Shown here: positions 11,201 to 23,900 of the stretch, in pieces
Position numbering within the stretch: position 1 is the first letter of the stretch
Layout: every line of letters starts with the position of its first letter
Origin: a virus
Reading direction: 5' to 3' (one strand)
DNA length: 64,000 nucleotides
IMG/VR virus record: IMGVR_UViG_3300043409_000868
Span: 5,007-69,006 of that record
Made by a program: the position numbers and the translations under genes
Notes under the pieces: model-generated
The model's input: only the letters and a program-made list of their open reading frames with translations
What the model was told of the DNA's origin: nothing
Database searches by the model: none

Positions 11201-11907
11201 AAGCCAATGAAATGGGAATATCTGAACTGCAACTTGAAAAAGCAGCAGAACTTGCCTCATCAATTGCTGATAATGATTGGCTTGGACTTCATCTTGTACA
11301 AGATGAGACACAAGATGAAGCTAATAAGCGAGCGCAAACACATATAGCTATTAAAGATAAATTTGAACACATATCTAATATTGATATTAGAACTAACGGA
11401 CATAAAGGATTAAGGGGTGTTATTGACTCAAGAGTATCTACAAAATCACTTGAACAAGCACTTACAGAATTAGATAAAATTCCTGAAGACGAACGTCACC
11501 AGCTTGATGTTCGATTTGTTGTACTTGGTTTAGCTGGAAAAGAGGTTACTATTGGTTTAGAAGTGGAAGGATATTCTCTTGAACTAATTCAAACCGAATT
11601 AGCAAAAAGAAAGGCTGCTGCGGCTGCTCCTACGGCTCCTGAGGCTGCTCCTGCAGCTCCTGAGGCTGCTCCTGCAGCTCCTGAGGCTGCTGCGGCTCTT
11701 AAGGCTGCTCCTGCAGCTCCTGAGGCTGCTACGGCTCCTAAGGCTGCTCCTGCAGCTCCTGAGGCTGCTGATAAATCTGTAGTAGAAATATCAAAAGATT
11801 TAGTTACCGCTTTTGATAAAGATTTAGATAGTGTAACAGATGTAGAACTAACACCAGAAGAAGCAGCCGATTTACTTGGTCGAGTTTGCTATAGAAAGGG
11901 TAAATAA
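8221..11907 (+). CDS. Large internal virion protein (1228 aa) with Ala/Pro/Glu repeats
   Basis: Gly-rich hydrophobic segments, AAPEAAP repeats, located in the internal-protein block. Confidence 0.55.
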   Translation: MSTFQQFNIDNSPYKSNREQLTLDKISSLVNKSQNSITTKPVSFNLPGLHLTDEEVKKENDTFLEFLKETEEQRKYIPGSELEDMGIKAKSSYLDDKEKYIERQMGSNPSATSKLLDSWKINREDSPLLSVALLSDSVEFFQPKSAANSFSSVYNMNFRAASLWGKLFDKEAAGPQFTEALGRNAQANVIAAIRARGGIKGELWANAVAKSTYLRNMLTDTAETDQKLESWIRGSPSLINLKGSVPFSAYAGDTVLDILADSEKPESWDPKRAIEELQIAEPGLHNLLFNEMQLKPEDVENAANTPLQFKYFIADAIDQYAFGVTINEYQKQAGGLEYFFGAQALPLVVNSFNSNDQLAEIGVTAALTFFTGGTYGAIGGTALLTKRLAKSSSLIRKALKTANAFERFESISARVAQVNRYLWKAQKILPSNITETILHSMPATRGIFMEAKAGTSLFKKTVQKSTALFIGEAAQGIVESGVQQYEAMSNGFQEHFSASAIVQNAVEEGIGGLVLGGPIRLIGKVGERVSTTNMGKYVNRQINKGKVGLLGSLPELKPSVARDIDLATRVIMGIPDGVSFEDFKGALSTQARLNILMDKIDNLGLGDLLSVSSEKANRNENPFIAEAISIMSGGDKKQEFRVRVDMAQRLSALMDHTTNEETGVSTLSRDDVEAVFYLAAMDSIDPSSRSSSSQTNRLLETLLESDQAKKGKTIVTQHSGGEFTHTSNFYQVTDQDLIDLGNKIQAQTQGLVTKLGADSVSEISDIFGKSIGQEQIDLTNDVLDEAEAALGTNNRGVGVSFLGLPLLGMFRSKLSPKKVDTSTGTPPPEADIDAEDEIKSDAADAADADREEAAAAREEAVAAREEAAAAPEAAPAAPKTNAEKAADDLKKLGDIGVGAAKQFKNDTAKRLSKVLDGSMTFDEFLIDAGIKPNGQSGQDARKVYDLAKLKGLTSIDGDTYTALLEEANQAAAAPKVATAAPTLSVKVSDKIKEKANEMGISELQLEKAAELASSIADNDWLGLHLVQDETQDEANKRAQTHIAIKDKFEHISNIDIRTNGHKGLRGVIDSRVSTKSLEQALTELDKIPEDERHQLDVRFVVLGLAGKEVTIGLEVEGYSLELIQTELAKRKAAAAAPTAPEAAPAAPEAAPAAPEAAAALKAAPAAPEAATAPKAAPAAPEAADKSVVEISKDLVTAFDKDLDSVTDVELTPEEAADLLGRVCYRKGK
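10740..10860 (+). repeat. Coding tandem repeats (REEAAAA / APEAAP)
   Basis: 21-nt units of CGCGAAGAAGCTG(C/T)TGCGGCT. Confidence 0.85.
11613..11770 (+). repeat. Coding tandem repeat (AAPEAAP)n
   Basis: About seven 21-nt units of GCTCCTGAGGCTGCTCCTGCA. Confidence 0.9.
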
Positions 11908-11910
11908 GTT

Positions 11911-14900
11911 ATGAGTACTAAGAGTTGCGATATTTCTGATTTTATAAAAAACCTAACAGAACAATTAAATCCCGATGGAACTAGAAAATTTACAGATGAC
12001 CAAATTAAGGGAAAACTAAAAGTTGCTTACAAAAAGGGATATATTAGCCGTGCTCAAATTATCGCAGCCTCTGGCAAAGAAGATACTCTTATTTCAGAAA
12101 CTGAATTTAAAGAATTAGAAACTTTGACTGATTTACTCGTTAGTTCTAATAAACCATTGTTTGATGTCTTTTCTCCAGAACAGGCTAAACGTTTATTAGA
12201 GTTAACAAATAAAGCAAAAAATTCGGTTGGTTATGGTGAAGAAGGTAGATTAAATCAATCAAGACTTCAAGAAATTATTAATTTAGCATCAGAACGAACA
12301 CCAGAAACTTCAATTAGTATCTTAACTTTAGTTGATGAATCTATTCAAAGAGCTGAAAATAACGGAGATAAGAAAAGAGCAGCAGAACTTAGAGACTTAA
12401 AAGTTAGATTTCAAAAGATGAACGACTTGTCATCTAAGTTAAAGATTGATTGGAATGCTATTGTAAAGACAAACAAACAATCAGATAAACTAACAGCTGA
12501 ATATGCAATTGTTAGATCAATTTTAGATGTAGGTGATAGAGAGACAGCTGAAAAAAGAACTGTATTAAGTCAAAAAATACTTGCTGTAGTAGACGAACAA
12601 AAAACTATAATAAAAGATACTACAATATCCGAAGAAGAAAAGGTTAAGCCAGTAGCTAAATTAGAGGCAGAAAAACAAAACTTAGTTACACAACTAGAAG
12701 AAATCACATCTAAAAAGTTTGCAGTAAATAGAAAAAAATTAGAAAAAAGATTAAAGACAATAACCCATGAACTTAGGCGATTACAGGATAACGCTCCTAA
12801 TTCATTCTTAAATAAAATTTTAGTTACTGTAAGCGGAATGGACCCAGAGTTTGTTGTTACTAGTTTAAGAGAATTAAAAGAACGACAATTAAAAGTTGAA
12901 GACGATATTAAGTTAGTAGAGAAAGTTATTGAGCAGTATCCAACTGACAAAGAATTTTCTTTTCCAGAGTTAGAAAACTTAATTGGCGACGATATCTCTA
13001 CAACAAAATCAATTAAAAGTTATTTTTATGAGATTGATTTAGATGCAGATGGAAAACCAAGATTAGATTCATCTCTTAGGCCAATGAAAAAAAGAAAAGA
13101 GAAAATTACCTTTAGTGATATGAAGGCTATTGTTGACATTTGGAAAACTATTAAACGAAATAATTCATATGATTCTACAATTACAAATGTTGAAGCAAAT
13201 ATGATTAGAAACGCTTTATTAAGCGGAGATCAGAAATTAGTTAGTGAAGTTGATCCAGCAGATCCTTTACCTATTTCTAGGACTAACGCAGAAAGAATAA
13301 CGTTAAAAGTTGGTAAACAATATGATCCTCGAAAACTAGAAGATAGGGTTTCTGCTATTAAAGATTTACATGTAGCTTTAAAACGATTAAGTTATATCTC
13401 TTCTTTAGCAAACAATTCAGGAGTTATTTCAAGTGGAATGTTAGTTGGAGTGTTAGGATCTAATGCACAAAGCCTTAGTCATAAATTTGATAGCGCATTA
13501 GCTGATGATTCTGAGTTAAGTAATCCTTATATTCCAGAAGGTGAAACAACAAATGAAGGTCGTAGAGCTGTGTTAAGAGGACAATTAACTGCTTTAGGTT
13601 ATTCTGATTCTGACATTAATGCTATGCCAGAAATGCGCAATGAATATCATGATGATTTTACTAAAATTCTGGCTTTTGATCTTGAATGGGAAAAAGGAAC
13701 AAACAATATTATTGCTATTTCAATAGTAGAATTACTTAATGGAGAACCTACTCCAGTAAACTCTAGGGTAATTTATTCTACCGCTGGAAAAGATAAAAAT
13801 TTTAGTAAGGAAGATGCAGAAGAATTTTTACAATTAATACATAGATATCAGAATGAAGGTTTTAAAGTAACTGGACATAATATTCTTGGATCAGACTCAG
13901 ACGTACAGAAATTAGTATCTGTTTCTAAGAATACTAAATTAGGAATGTCTATTGCACTGAGATCTCTTGATACTATGCTTTTAGCGTTTAGGAATGGAGA
14001 TAAAACGTCATTTAGTAGAAACTTTGGTCCATCTTTAGATAATTTAGCGAAAGCTTTTAAAGTAGGTAGTAAAGCTGGTACTGGTATTACAGGAGAATCT
14101 GCACATGGTGTTTGGAAAAGTGGAGATTACTCTAAGTTTGAGGAATATATTCAAGGTGATTCTATCTTAGCTGCTCGTATTCTTCAAGAAATGTCAAAGA
14201 ATGAAGGTAAAGATATTAAGGTAATGAATTCTAGGAAACAAGAACAAACACTGCATATACACGAAACAGTTCCTATTTGGTACGATACAGGAAAACCAGA
14301 AATGGGAAGAAACCAAAGATATACTGGAGTAAATGTATTATATGATATTCAATCTTTTAATAACCTAAGAGAAAATGCTCAACAAACCATTTATGATAAT
14401 ACCTTATACGATATAGCTAAAGTTAGAAATGTAATGACTAATATGGTTTTAGGTTTAATGCGTACTAACAATGCTAAAGATATTGATACTTTATTTTCGG
14501 CAATTAATGCTTCTGAAACAGATGCATTAGAGAATATTGATATGGTAATGTCTATTTCAAGAGTTAATCACGAAGCTTATTTACCTATTCTACAACAAGT
14601 TAGAAATAGTAATGGTAATAGATTCTTATCCAACGCAGCTAGAGAAGAAAATGGAGATATATCATATACATACTGTGATAATGGTACAGATTATGAAAAC
14701 CAAGTTATTGAAGAAATATTTAATACACTAAGTGCATATAATAGAAAAGCTGAAAAAACTATTACACGCTTTGCTGAATTAGTTGGGTTTAGGGGAATAG
14801 GTGAAACAGAAAACTTAATAGATTTTACAAAGGCTTTATTTAGTTTTTCTGCACAAAAATTTAATAATAAAGAGAGCATAAAAATACAAGACTTTGGTAA

Positions 14901-17900
14901 TGGTATTTTTGACTATGTTTCAGCAGTTCAACTGGGTCGTGGTTTTTCACAAATTATGCTTGGTCATGTTGAGGAAGGTTTAACTTTATCTCAAAATATT
15001 AAAACTCCTGTAGAAGAAATTGATCGTATACGAGAAGTAGCAAAAATTGATGGAGAAGAGATTGCAGGAGAAGATAGTAGAAACTTAGTAGAAAAAAGAG
15101 AATATTTACCTATTACAAGACAAAACGTTAGTTACTTTGCTCCACTTAGTATGTACGAACAAGAACGAGCTTATAATGATTTTGCCTTACGAGAGAGATT
15201 TCATTATATCTTAAATAAAGATATTACAGATGATGATGTTAGAGAGTTTGAAAAATGGGTAGGTACAAACAAGATTGTTGAATTTAAAAACAACATTAAG
15301 GATAGACTTCGTTTACATAAACTCTTTAGAGAGGGATTAATAAAAACAGTAAATGATGTAAAACTCTTTATGTATGATTTAGGAATAGAATCTTTTACGG
15401 GATATGATCCTATTAGTATTATTCTTAATAAGGATTTAAGTAAAGATGAAAAGGTTAAGTTATTCTATGATGGAGCTTCTTTTGCTAAAAATGAGTTAGC
15501 AACTTATATGAAGGAGTTAGATAGAACTAGATTAGAACAAGGAAGAGTTCAGAATTATAATATTCTAATGATTGCCAATAATAGAGATATTTATAATAGA
15601 ATCCCTACATTAGAAGAAGTTAAAGAAATGTCACTAGAGGTTGCATTAGATCTTCCTCAAATGGTTGCTACTTGGGTACATGATTCACACAATACTAGAC
15701 CAGAAGAGAGACGACATCTAGAAGAAAAGAATTATTGGGAGATGTCGGAATTATCTTCTGGTGGGCCAACAGGAGCTGCTCTTTTAAGTGGCATTTATCC
15801 ACAAATAGCTTGGTACATGAGTCATCCTGAAATAACAAGTGATCCTAAAGCTATGGAACAATTAGTTTATAAATCATTGCAAAATGGTATAGCTGGTGGA
15901 TCTAGGTTTTCTAGGTCTTCTTACTGGGACGATGTCCAAAGTGGACATCACCATATTGTGGCTCTTCAATGGGCTTATTTTCCTGATGAATCTCATGTTC
16001 AAGAGGGTGGTTTATTACAGATTCTTGATAACATTAAGACTGGAAATGTAGGTCGTAGTGATCTAAAAGACTACTACAATGAAACCGCAAATGAGTTTGC
16101 TAAAGCTTTAGGTGAATTAACAAATGCTGCTATTATGAGAGGTGGATCTGACTCTAGTACAAATCCTGAATTAGCTCAAATTGAAAGAATAAATAATGCT
16201 TTAAATAGGAGCAATGAATCAAGAGAATTCTTTAAGGGTGCCGTTATTCCCGTATTTTATAGTGCAGGATTTAATGGTGTTCTTAAAGGATTAAGAGATA
16301 AACAAAAGAAAATGCCTGGAGATCCTATTTCAGAATTAAATGATGAAGACATTCAATTTATTGCTGCAAAACTTACTGTAACTGGAGCAATTGGTACTGG
16401 ACGATTAATAGATACAATTCTTGGCATGGATACAGAAAAGTCTAGAGAAATAATTAAGTTATTTGGAGAAGGAACAAAAAGATTAACTTTTGATATGAGA
16501 AAAAGATGGATTGATATAATGAATTTAGATAAGGATCTTAAGAATAATTATATTTCTGAAGATGCTGCTAGAGCAGGAATTAATCTTAGACTTCGTATGA
16601 TTGCTGAACTAACATTACCAGCTAGATACGAAACAACTAGATTTGAAAGAGAAGAGTGGATTAAAGATAGAGTAAAATTACTTACTGAAAAATGGAATAA
16701 AAGAATTGAAAACGGAATGGAAATTATTAGAAAGTCTGGTAAAAAAGGAGTAGAAGTCGGAAGTCAATCAGAAAGAGACTTTCATGTTGCATTAGCAGGA
16801 AATGAATCAGCCTTTAAAACACAAATGTCATTAATGGCAATTAATCAAATGCAGAATTCTGGTCTTAAGTTAAATTCTTCTGATAGAGATATATTAGAAG
16901 CATCAGTTAGAACTGGTAGATATATTGCTGAAGGTGATTTAATGTATGCTAATAATGTAGTATTTACTACAGTTGGTTTTGGTAGTGGTAGTGCTCGCGC
17001 TCAATATGTTGGTAATTATTTAACAAACTTACATGGCTCAAGACTAAGCAAAGGAAACCGAACAGTCTATAACGATGATCATTCTATTAACTGGGATGAG
17101 ACAATTAAAAATAGTGCTTGGAGTCTAGAAGGAAATCCACTAACTGGTAAACCAAGAAATGAAGCTATTGCAGAAATAGATAAACTAGCAGTAAAACATT
17201 ATCTTTTACAGGTTGCTACTGATTATGCCCCAACTATGATTGGTTATAATCAAGAGAATGAAAGTAGATCTAATTTCTTTAATCAATGGAAAAATAGAAC
17301 AAAACAAGAACGTGAATATGACTACATGGGTCGTATGAACGATGTTGCAAAACTAAAAACACTATATGAAACAGAAGATCCAACAACAAAAAGAACATTA
17401 ACAGACGCAGAAATTGAACTATCTATTGCTAGTAACTCAACTCCAATTAATAAGAGAATTGGAACTAGAATTTTAGCTGGTGATTTTGCGTCTCCCCATG
17501 ACGAAACTGTAATGTCTATGTCAGATGCCAAGGGATTGGCTGCGTTTAGACCAAGATTGGCTGATGATGCTTTTGACGATAGAATAGTTCATGGTTTATA
17601 CTCTATTTACCAAGGAACAAAACAATTAAATCTTGGAGTAGGTCGATTTAGATCTGCTGTGCAAAAACTAAAAGAAGACAATACAACTCCTGAATCTATT
17701 CTGGATATGGAAAACTCAAGAGCAACTCAATACGACCCTGAAGAACTAGGAGTATACTTTCCTGAAATAGACTCTTCTTTAACCCAAGAAATATTTGGAC
17801 AAAGACCAACATTTAATCAAAAACTAAATAAAATGAGATTTTTATTAGATACTTTTGGTATGCAGCACGGTTTACAAGAATTAGTTAAAGCAAAAGAATA

Positions 17901-20900
17901 TACTCGTTTGTATCAAATTTATAAAGTTAGACAGGCAATGAAAAAGTTTGCATTACTTCTTGGTGAAAGTAAAGATTCTAAATGGGATATGAGATTCTTA
18001 CATAGACACTTTATTCAACAAGTATTTAGAATAACAAAAGCCCAAAGAGATGCAAGTAATTCTTCTAGAAATCTCTTAAATTTCCTTAAGTCAATTGGAA
18101 TTGATCCTAGTCTATTTAAAGATGGATTTGGTAATAATCTTCACTGGATTGATACTCTTGGCATACTTGCTGACATGGGTATTGAAGAACTTAGTACTCT
18201 TAAGTTTGGAATGTCTCCAGTAGAAATGTTAACAACATCAACAACAGAAACTCCAAGTATATTAAAAAGTGGATCTACTATTGTTATGCCTAATGTAATT
18301 CAGGGTGAAGATGTTTCAGTTATTATTCAGAGTATATGGGCAGATGTAAGGGTCCAACAGAAAGCTACTGAATATGCTGATAGATTAGTTAGTGAAGGTA
18401 CTTTAAGTTCATATGAAAAAGATCCAACAGGAAAATATATTTTACTTGCTGCTGTACCTAAGGATATTCAAGTACAGATTGCACAAACTATATTTACAGA
18501 TGATGAATTGATTATGGATGTTGCAGAAAATCTTGGTTTACATGTAACTTTAGAGTTTGTAGCTGGCGAAAATATGCTTAGATTACAAGGATCTAAACTA
18601 CATGCTTCATCTTTGGGAGCATATGTTGTTCCACGAAGAGGACTAGGTTTTCCTTCTGCTAATCGAACAGTACTTGGTGAAAGAGATGTTAAAACCTATT
18701 TAACTCCAGAGGCTGTTAAATCAATTCTTTATTCTGCAAAAAATGCTAAGTTTTTTAGTAGATTAGAGACTGCTGTACAAGTAGATAAATACTTGGGGCA
18801 AACAACTATTGTTGATAGATTACGACAACAACAATATGGAGAATATCTTGATAGACATTTAGAGCAGATAGCCGAAGAAACCGAACTTTTAGAGGCTCTT
18901 GAAGAAGGTAAACTACAGAAATTAAGAACTGAAAGAATGAGGGATGAATTAGGTGTTGAATTAAATTTATATGACGCTGAAGCATACTTTACCTCAGAAG
19001 ATGAAATAACTGGATTAACCCCATTTAAAAATGCTATGTCATTGGATATGAGAATTGCTTATGAAAGAGCAAAACAATATCCACTTTTACAAGATGAAGC
19101 TGAGACATTAAGGAAATTAACAACCAAAGTAGAACATGAAAAACTTTTTTTACAAATTTCCTTTATAACTTTTCTTAGAAATAACGTAAGTGGAAAAGAA
19201 CTAACAGATCCTCAATTACGAATGCTTGTAAATGAGCATTTTGGATCAGAACTCACTAATTCAGAGTTTGAAAGCCTTATGAAAAACGCTAATGAAATTA
19301 CTGAAATTATAGATAGAATTAATTTCTCTCCATTTAAAGGTAAAAATCCATATTTAGCACAAGCTGTAAAACATAGACAAATGCTGTTATATGATCCTGA
19401 TGTTTTAAATGTAACTAGTGGATATAGAAGTCAAAATGATATTATTAATTTTATGGAAGAATTTGATATTCCAAGTAAGGACTATGAAATAGCAGCACAA
19501 GCAGTTATTGAAGCATACGCAATTACTAATCGTTCTGTTGGTAACGCAGAAACATATTTAACTATTCCAAGCAGTGATCTAGTTAATATAGCATCTGATC
19601 CAGATGAATTTGCTAGGGTATTCCCTAGTGGAAGTCACATTAATTCTCAATTATCAAAATTAGTGAAAGATGGGGTTATTGACGGAGAAACTGAAATATT
19701 TTATCGCCTCTTAATTGGTAAAATTTTAAAACATAATCCAAACTTAGCAAAATTCTTATCTATTGAATGTGATGACTTAAGTACTTCTAGATCTGCAGAA
19801 GCTGTTAAAGAAGATGATAGATTTATAATAAAACTTAATACAAAGTTATTAAAAAATATGGGTAGAATTGATCAGACAAGGGTATTTGCACATGAGATTT
19901 CCCATATTGCTCGTTTAGCTTTTATTGCCGATAACAGTCCTGAATGGAGAAAAGTAGAGTCTTTATTTAGATCTAAAAAGGGAAGAGACAGTATTCCTAC
20001 TATGTTACTTATTATGAATAATAATAGTAAATATGAAGGGTTTGATCAAGATGTAAAATACTATACTGAAAACGTAGAAGAATTTCTTGCTCAATGGGGA
20101 TCGTGGATTTTATTAGAAAAAGTATTTAATAATCCAGCTGTAATGCAAGCAATACAATCCAGGAGTACGGCAGCTTTATTTGCAAGTAATGCTTATAAAT
20201 CTTCATTTTATAGGATGCGAGATGAAGTTCTTAGTATTACAACTGGTTTAGCTGAAGTAGACGAAGGTGTATTATCTAGTATTTTAGATATAACAGAGAG
20301 TATGTTTGGATTTACTTCTTCTGTAGAAAGAACAATTCACGTTACAAATGCAAATCAAAAACTAGGGATGATAAGTAGTTTTGATACGCCATTATCTAGT
20401 AGAGAAGGAGAAGTAGATAAACTATCTAGCTTACAAAACAAAGTAAATGTTTCTGGCATTTCTTCTTTGACTGTAATTGAGCAGGCAGAATATAAAATTT
20501 TAACAAATAAATATAGCGTTTCTCCATTAAAGAATTTAGATATTGTAACATATAAAAAACTTAGAAGCACACGAGAATCTAGACAAGGAACTTCATTAGC
20601 TCTTCCGCATGTAAGGTCTAGTTCAGGTAAATTTCTAAGTACACTTGATGATTTAAAAACTCCAGAAAAATTAGAATTGGCTAATACTATAATTCTTGAG
20701 TCTATTAAACGGGGTGGAAAATTAGCTAGAAATTTAGGAACTGTTGGTGGATTAGCCCGAGAACAATCGGAAAAAATGTTTGGTAAAAAAGCTACTGAGA
20801 TGTTTTTAGTTAGTAGATATTTATTAGGAACATGGGATTTAACTCAAGCAAGTAAAACACATCAAAGCCAGAATATTGTAGTAGCTTCTTTAATGCACAT

Positions 20901-23900
20901 TATTGGTGAAACATTTAATAATACTGAGAATCAATATCAACAACAAACTGGTGCTCGTAGTATTCGAGAAAACAGAGCTTATTCTCAACAATGGATTGAC
21001 AGAGTTTCTTATGAAGTTGGTCAATTAAGAATTGAAACTACAGATGATGAGTTTAAAACTTTATTAAAATATGCACAAGAAGTTGCAACAGGAATGGGTC
21101 CAGTAGATCCACCAGGTATCTCAGCTGAGAAAATAGATCAAGCTAAAAAAGTAGGTAAAACCACTTTAAAAAATTCTAGACAACTTAGATTCTTTATTTA
21201 CGGAAAACTTGCAAAACTTTTTGAAGAAATTCCAGTTCAATTAGATAAATCATTATTTGGATCTAGGCAAATTAGTTCAGATCCCAATAAACAATTAGGG
21301 TTTGAAAAAAATAGACAAGATCTAATAGATGCAACTGCTAAACAAATTATAGAAAATGTAGAAACAGGTTCAATAAACGGTGCTTTGTTTTATGCAAGTG
21401 GTTTAGGACCTAAAATTAATAGATATTATGGTTATGATGATAAAACAGATTCAATTGATCCAGAATTTATTACGGAAATGAAACGAGTTCAAAATTCAAA
21501 TCCAGCTACGTTTAGGATGATTTCAGAAATTGCTGTAAGACAACTAGCTAATAGAGATAATTTAACTGAGGCTGAAGCATATAGAAAATTAAATCAATCA
21601 ATAAGTGATGGTTCTTTTTTAATTAATGGTTCTCCAACAATGCATAAAATTTGGCATGAATCTGCTTTAAAATTCTATAGTTTAATTAGTACCTATAAAC
21701 ATATTAGTCATGTAAATGATGGTATCAATAAAATAGCTAAATCTAACACCTTTAGTACTATATCGTTGAAGTATCTTGGAGAATGGGCAGATGAAATAAA
21801 CATAACTATAAATTCAAATGATGAAATAAGAACAGCTGGTCCTTTATTTGTACCTAATGGAAATCAATTCCTTCCAGATGGTGTTTCTAGTGTTACTAAA
21901 AAATCTACAATGTTATTAACAGGACAGAAACAAACTAAAATAGCAGATATCATGGCTGGTTTATTTTGGTCTGAAATGGGAGAACAACCAGATTACCTTA
22001 GGACAAATGAAATTATTACTGGTGCGCATATGAGACAAAACGAAGATATCAGTAAATTCTTACAGAATAGACTAGATAGTGTACTTGCTGATGTAGAACG
22101 TTCCAAGGGTTTTAGAGCTGCTTCTCGTATTGCTATTCAAGATATTACTGGAATAACTGGTTATGATATATACGATCTTATTTCTTTATTTAAACAAATA
22201 AGTGATAACTTTGAACCAAAAGAAAGAACAGAACTTTTAGATTCTCTAAAGGTAATTGAGCAAAAACTTCAGATTGAGCAAGGAATGAGTGCTAGGGGAT
22301 TAAACGATGAGGACGATCTTTACACTAATTTCTTCCTTAAGTGGGGACCTGATGTTACTAGATTAGCCTATGGTTCTAACTTGAATACGGCATCTTTAGT
22401 TATGGAAGGTGCTCTTGGTGCGTTAATTACAACTCGTTATGGAGGTAATCCAGTAACATTCTTTACAGATTTATTTGGTAGTGTCTTTGGAAACTTACCT
22501 AAAGCACTCTTTGGAGGAAGTACATACAACCCAAGAGGAGTAGCTGTAAATATGATGCGTGGTTTAGAACACTCTACAAGAAACGCTAGAGAAGTTGCAA
22601 CTCAACAAACAAACTATGTAGCTGATGGTGCGTCTAGATGGGAAAGATATAAGGCAATGATGTCAAGAGTTAACAATTCTATATTTAATGGAATTGCTGA
22701 AGGAATGACAAATCAAGCGCAAAACATTATAATTGATCACCTTAATAATGGAAATTTGTTTAAGATCAGGGATATGTTAGGCAAAGAGACGTTAAATAAT
22801 ATGGATGAATTAAAGGCAGCTTTAAATAAATACAATATTATTGGTATTCTACCCCATATGGTATTTGAATTAAAACAAGCTGGTATCTTTGAACCAAAAA
22901 TTTTAGAAGCTTATCAGTATATGTTAAATAACGTAAAGAGTAAGAAAATAAATAATGGTACTTTAGATTTTATTGCTGCAAACGAATGGAATGAAACCCA
23001 AAAATGGAACATACTACTCACTCATAAATTAGGGTTTGATAGAAATACAGCTTATCGTGCTGTAGCTAGTATGTATGAAGCTACAAAAAACTTTAGAAAT
23101 ATTGTATTAGTTGAGAATAATCCTTGGGATAGTAATACACATAGTGGTGGATTACGATTCTTAATGTCATTTTATAGACAATACCCTAATTTATTCTTTT
23201 CTCAAAAAGTAATGAGATTGGCTAATAAGGTAGACACAGGTACGTTTGCTGCTATGCTTATTAGCACTACAATCTTAGATTTACTATATAATGCTCTTTT
23301 ATTAGTTGCTCTTGGTGCTATACCCCTAGCAGCTCTGTATCCATTCTCAGATGAGTTTTTATTTAAGAAGAATCCATTAGCTGCTACTAGATTAATTCTT
23401 GGAAGAAATCCAATTTTTGGTCTTACTGGTAACTTAATTTTTGGAGCTTTGACTACTGGCTATCAGAATTATTTATCTATTAACAATGCTTATGCTAGGA
23501 AAAATAGATTTCAAGCACTAAAAAAATCAATTAAAACAGGGATTGATCAAACTGATTTAAGTATTGTTCCACAGCAAGCTGCTGAAACTTTAATTAAAGA
23601 TCCTATAACTATGATTATTCTTGGTTTAATTGCTGGTGGGAATATAAATGAAAAAGAAACATATGATATGCAGAATGCTGCTATAAATACTGGATCTAGA
23701 GTACTTCCAATTTTTGGTGAAATGGTTGTTAGAATTGGAGCTACAAGGGTACTAATAGGAGAAAACCCAAATCTCAAGAAACGTAGTAAAGTATCTCCAG
23801 GTATCAAACCTAATACTAAACCTAAGGGTCCAATTCAAGGATTACAAGCACCAAAGATTTCGTCTGCTAGTACTAATCCACTAACACCACCCGATTCATT

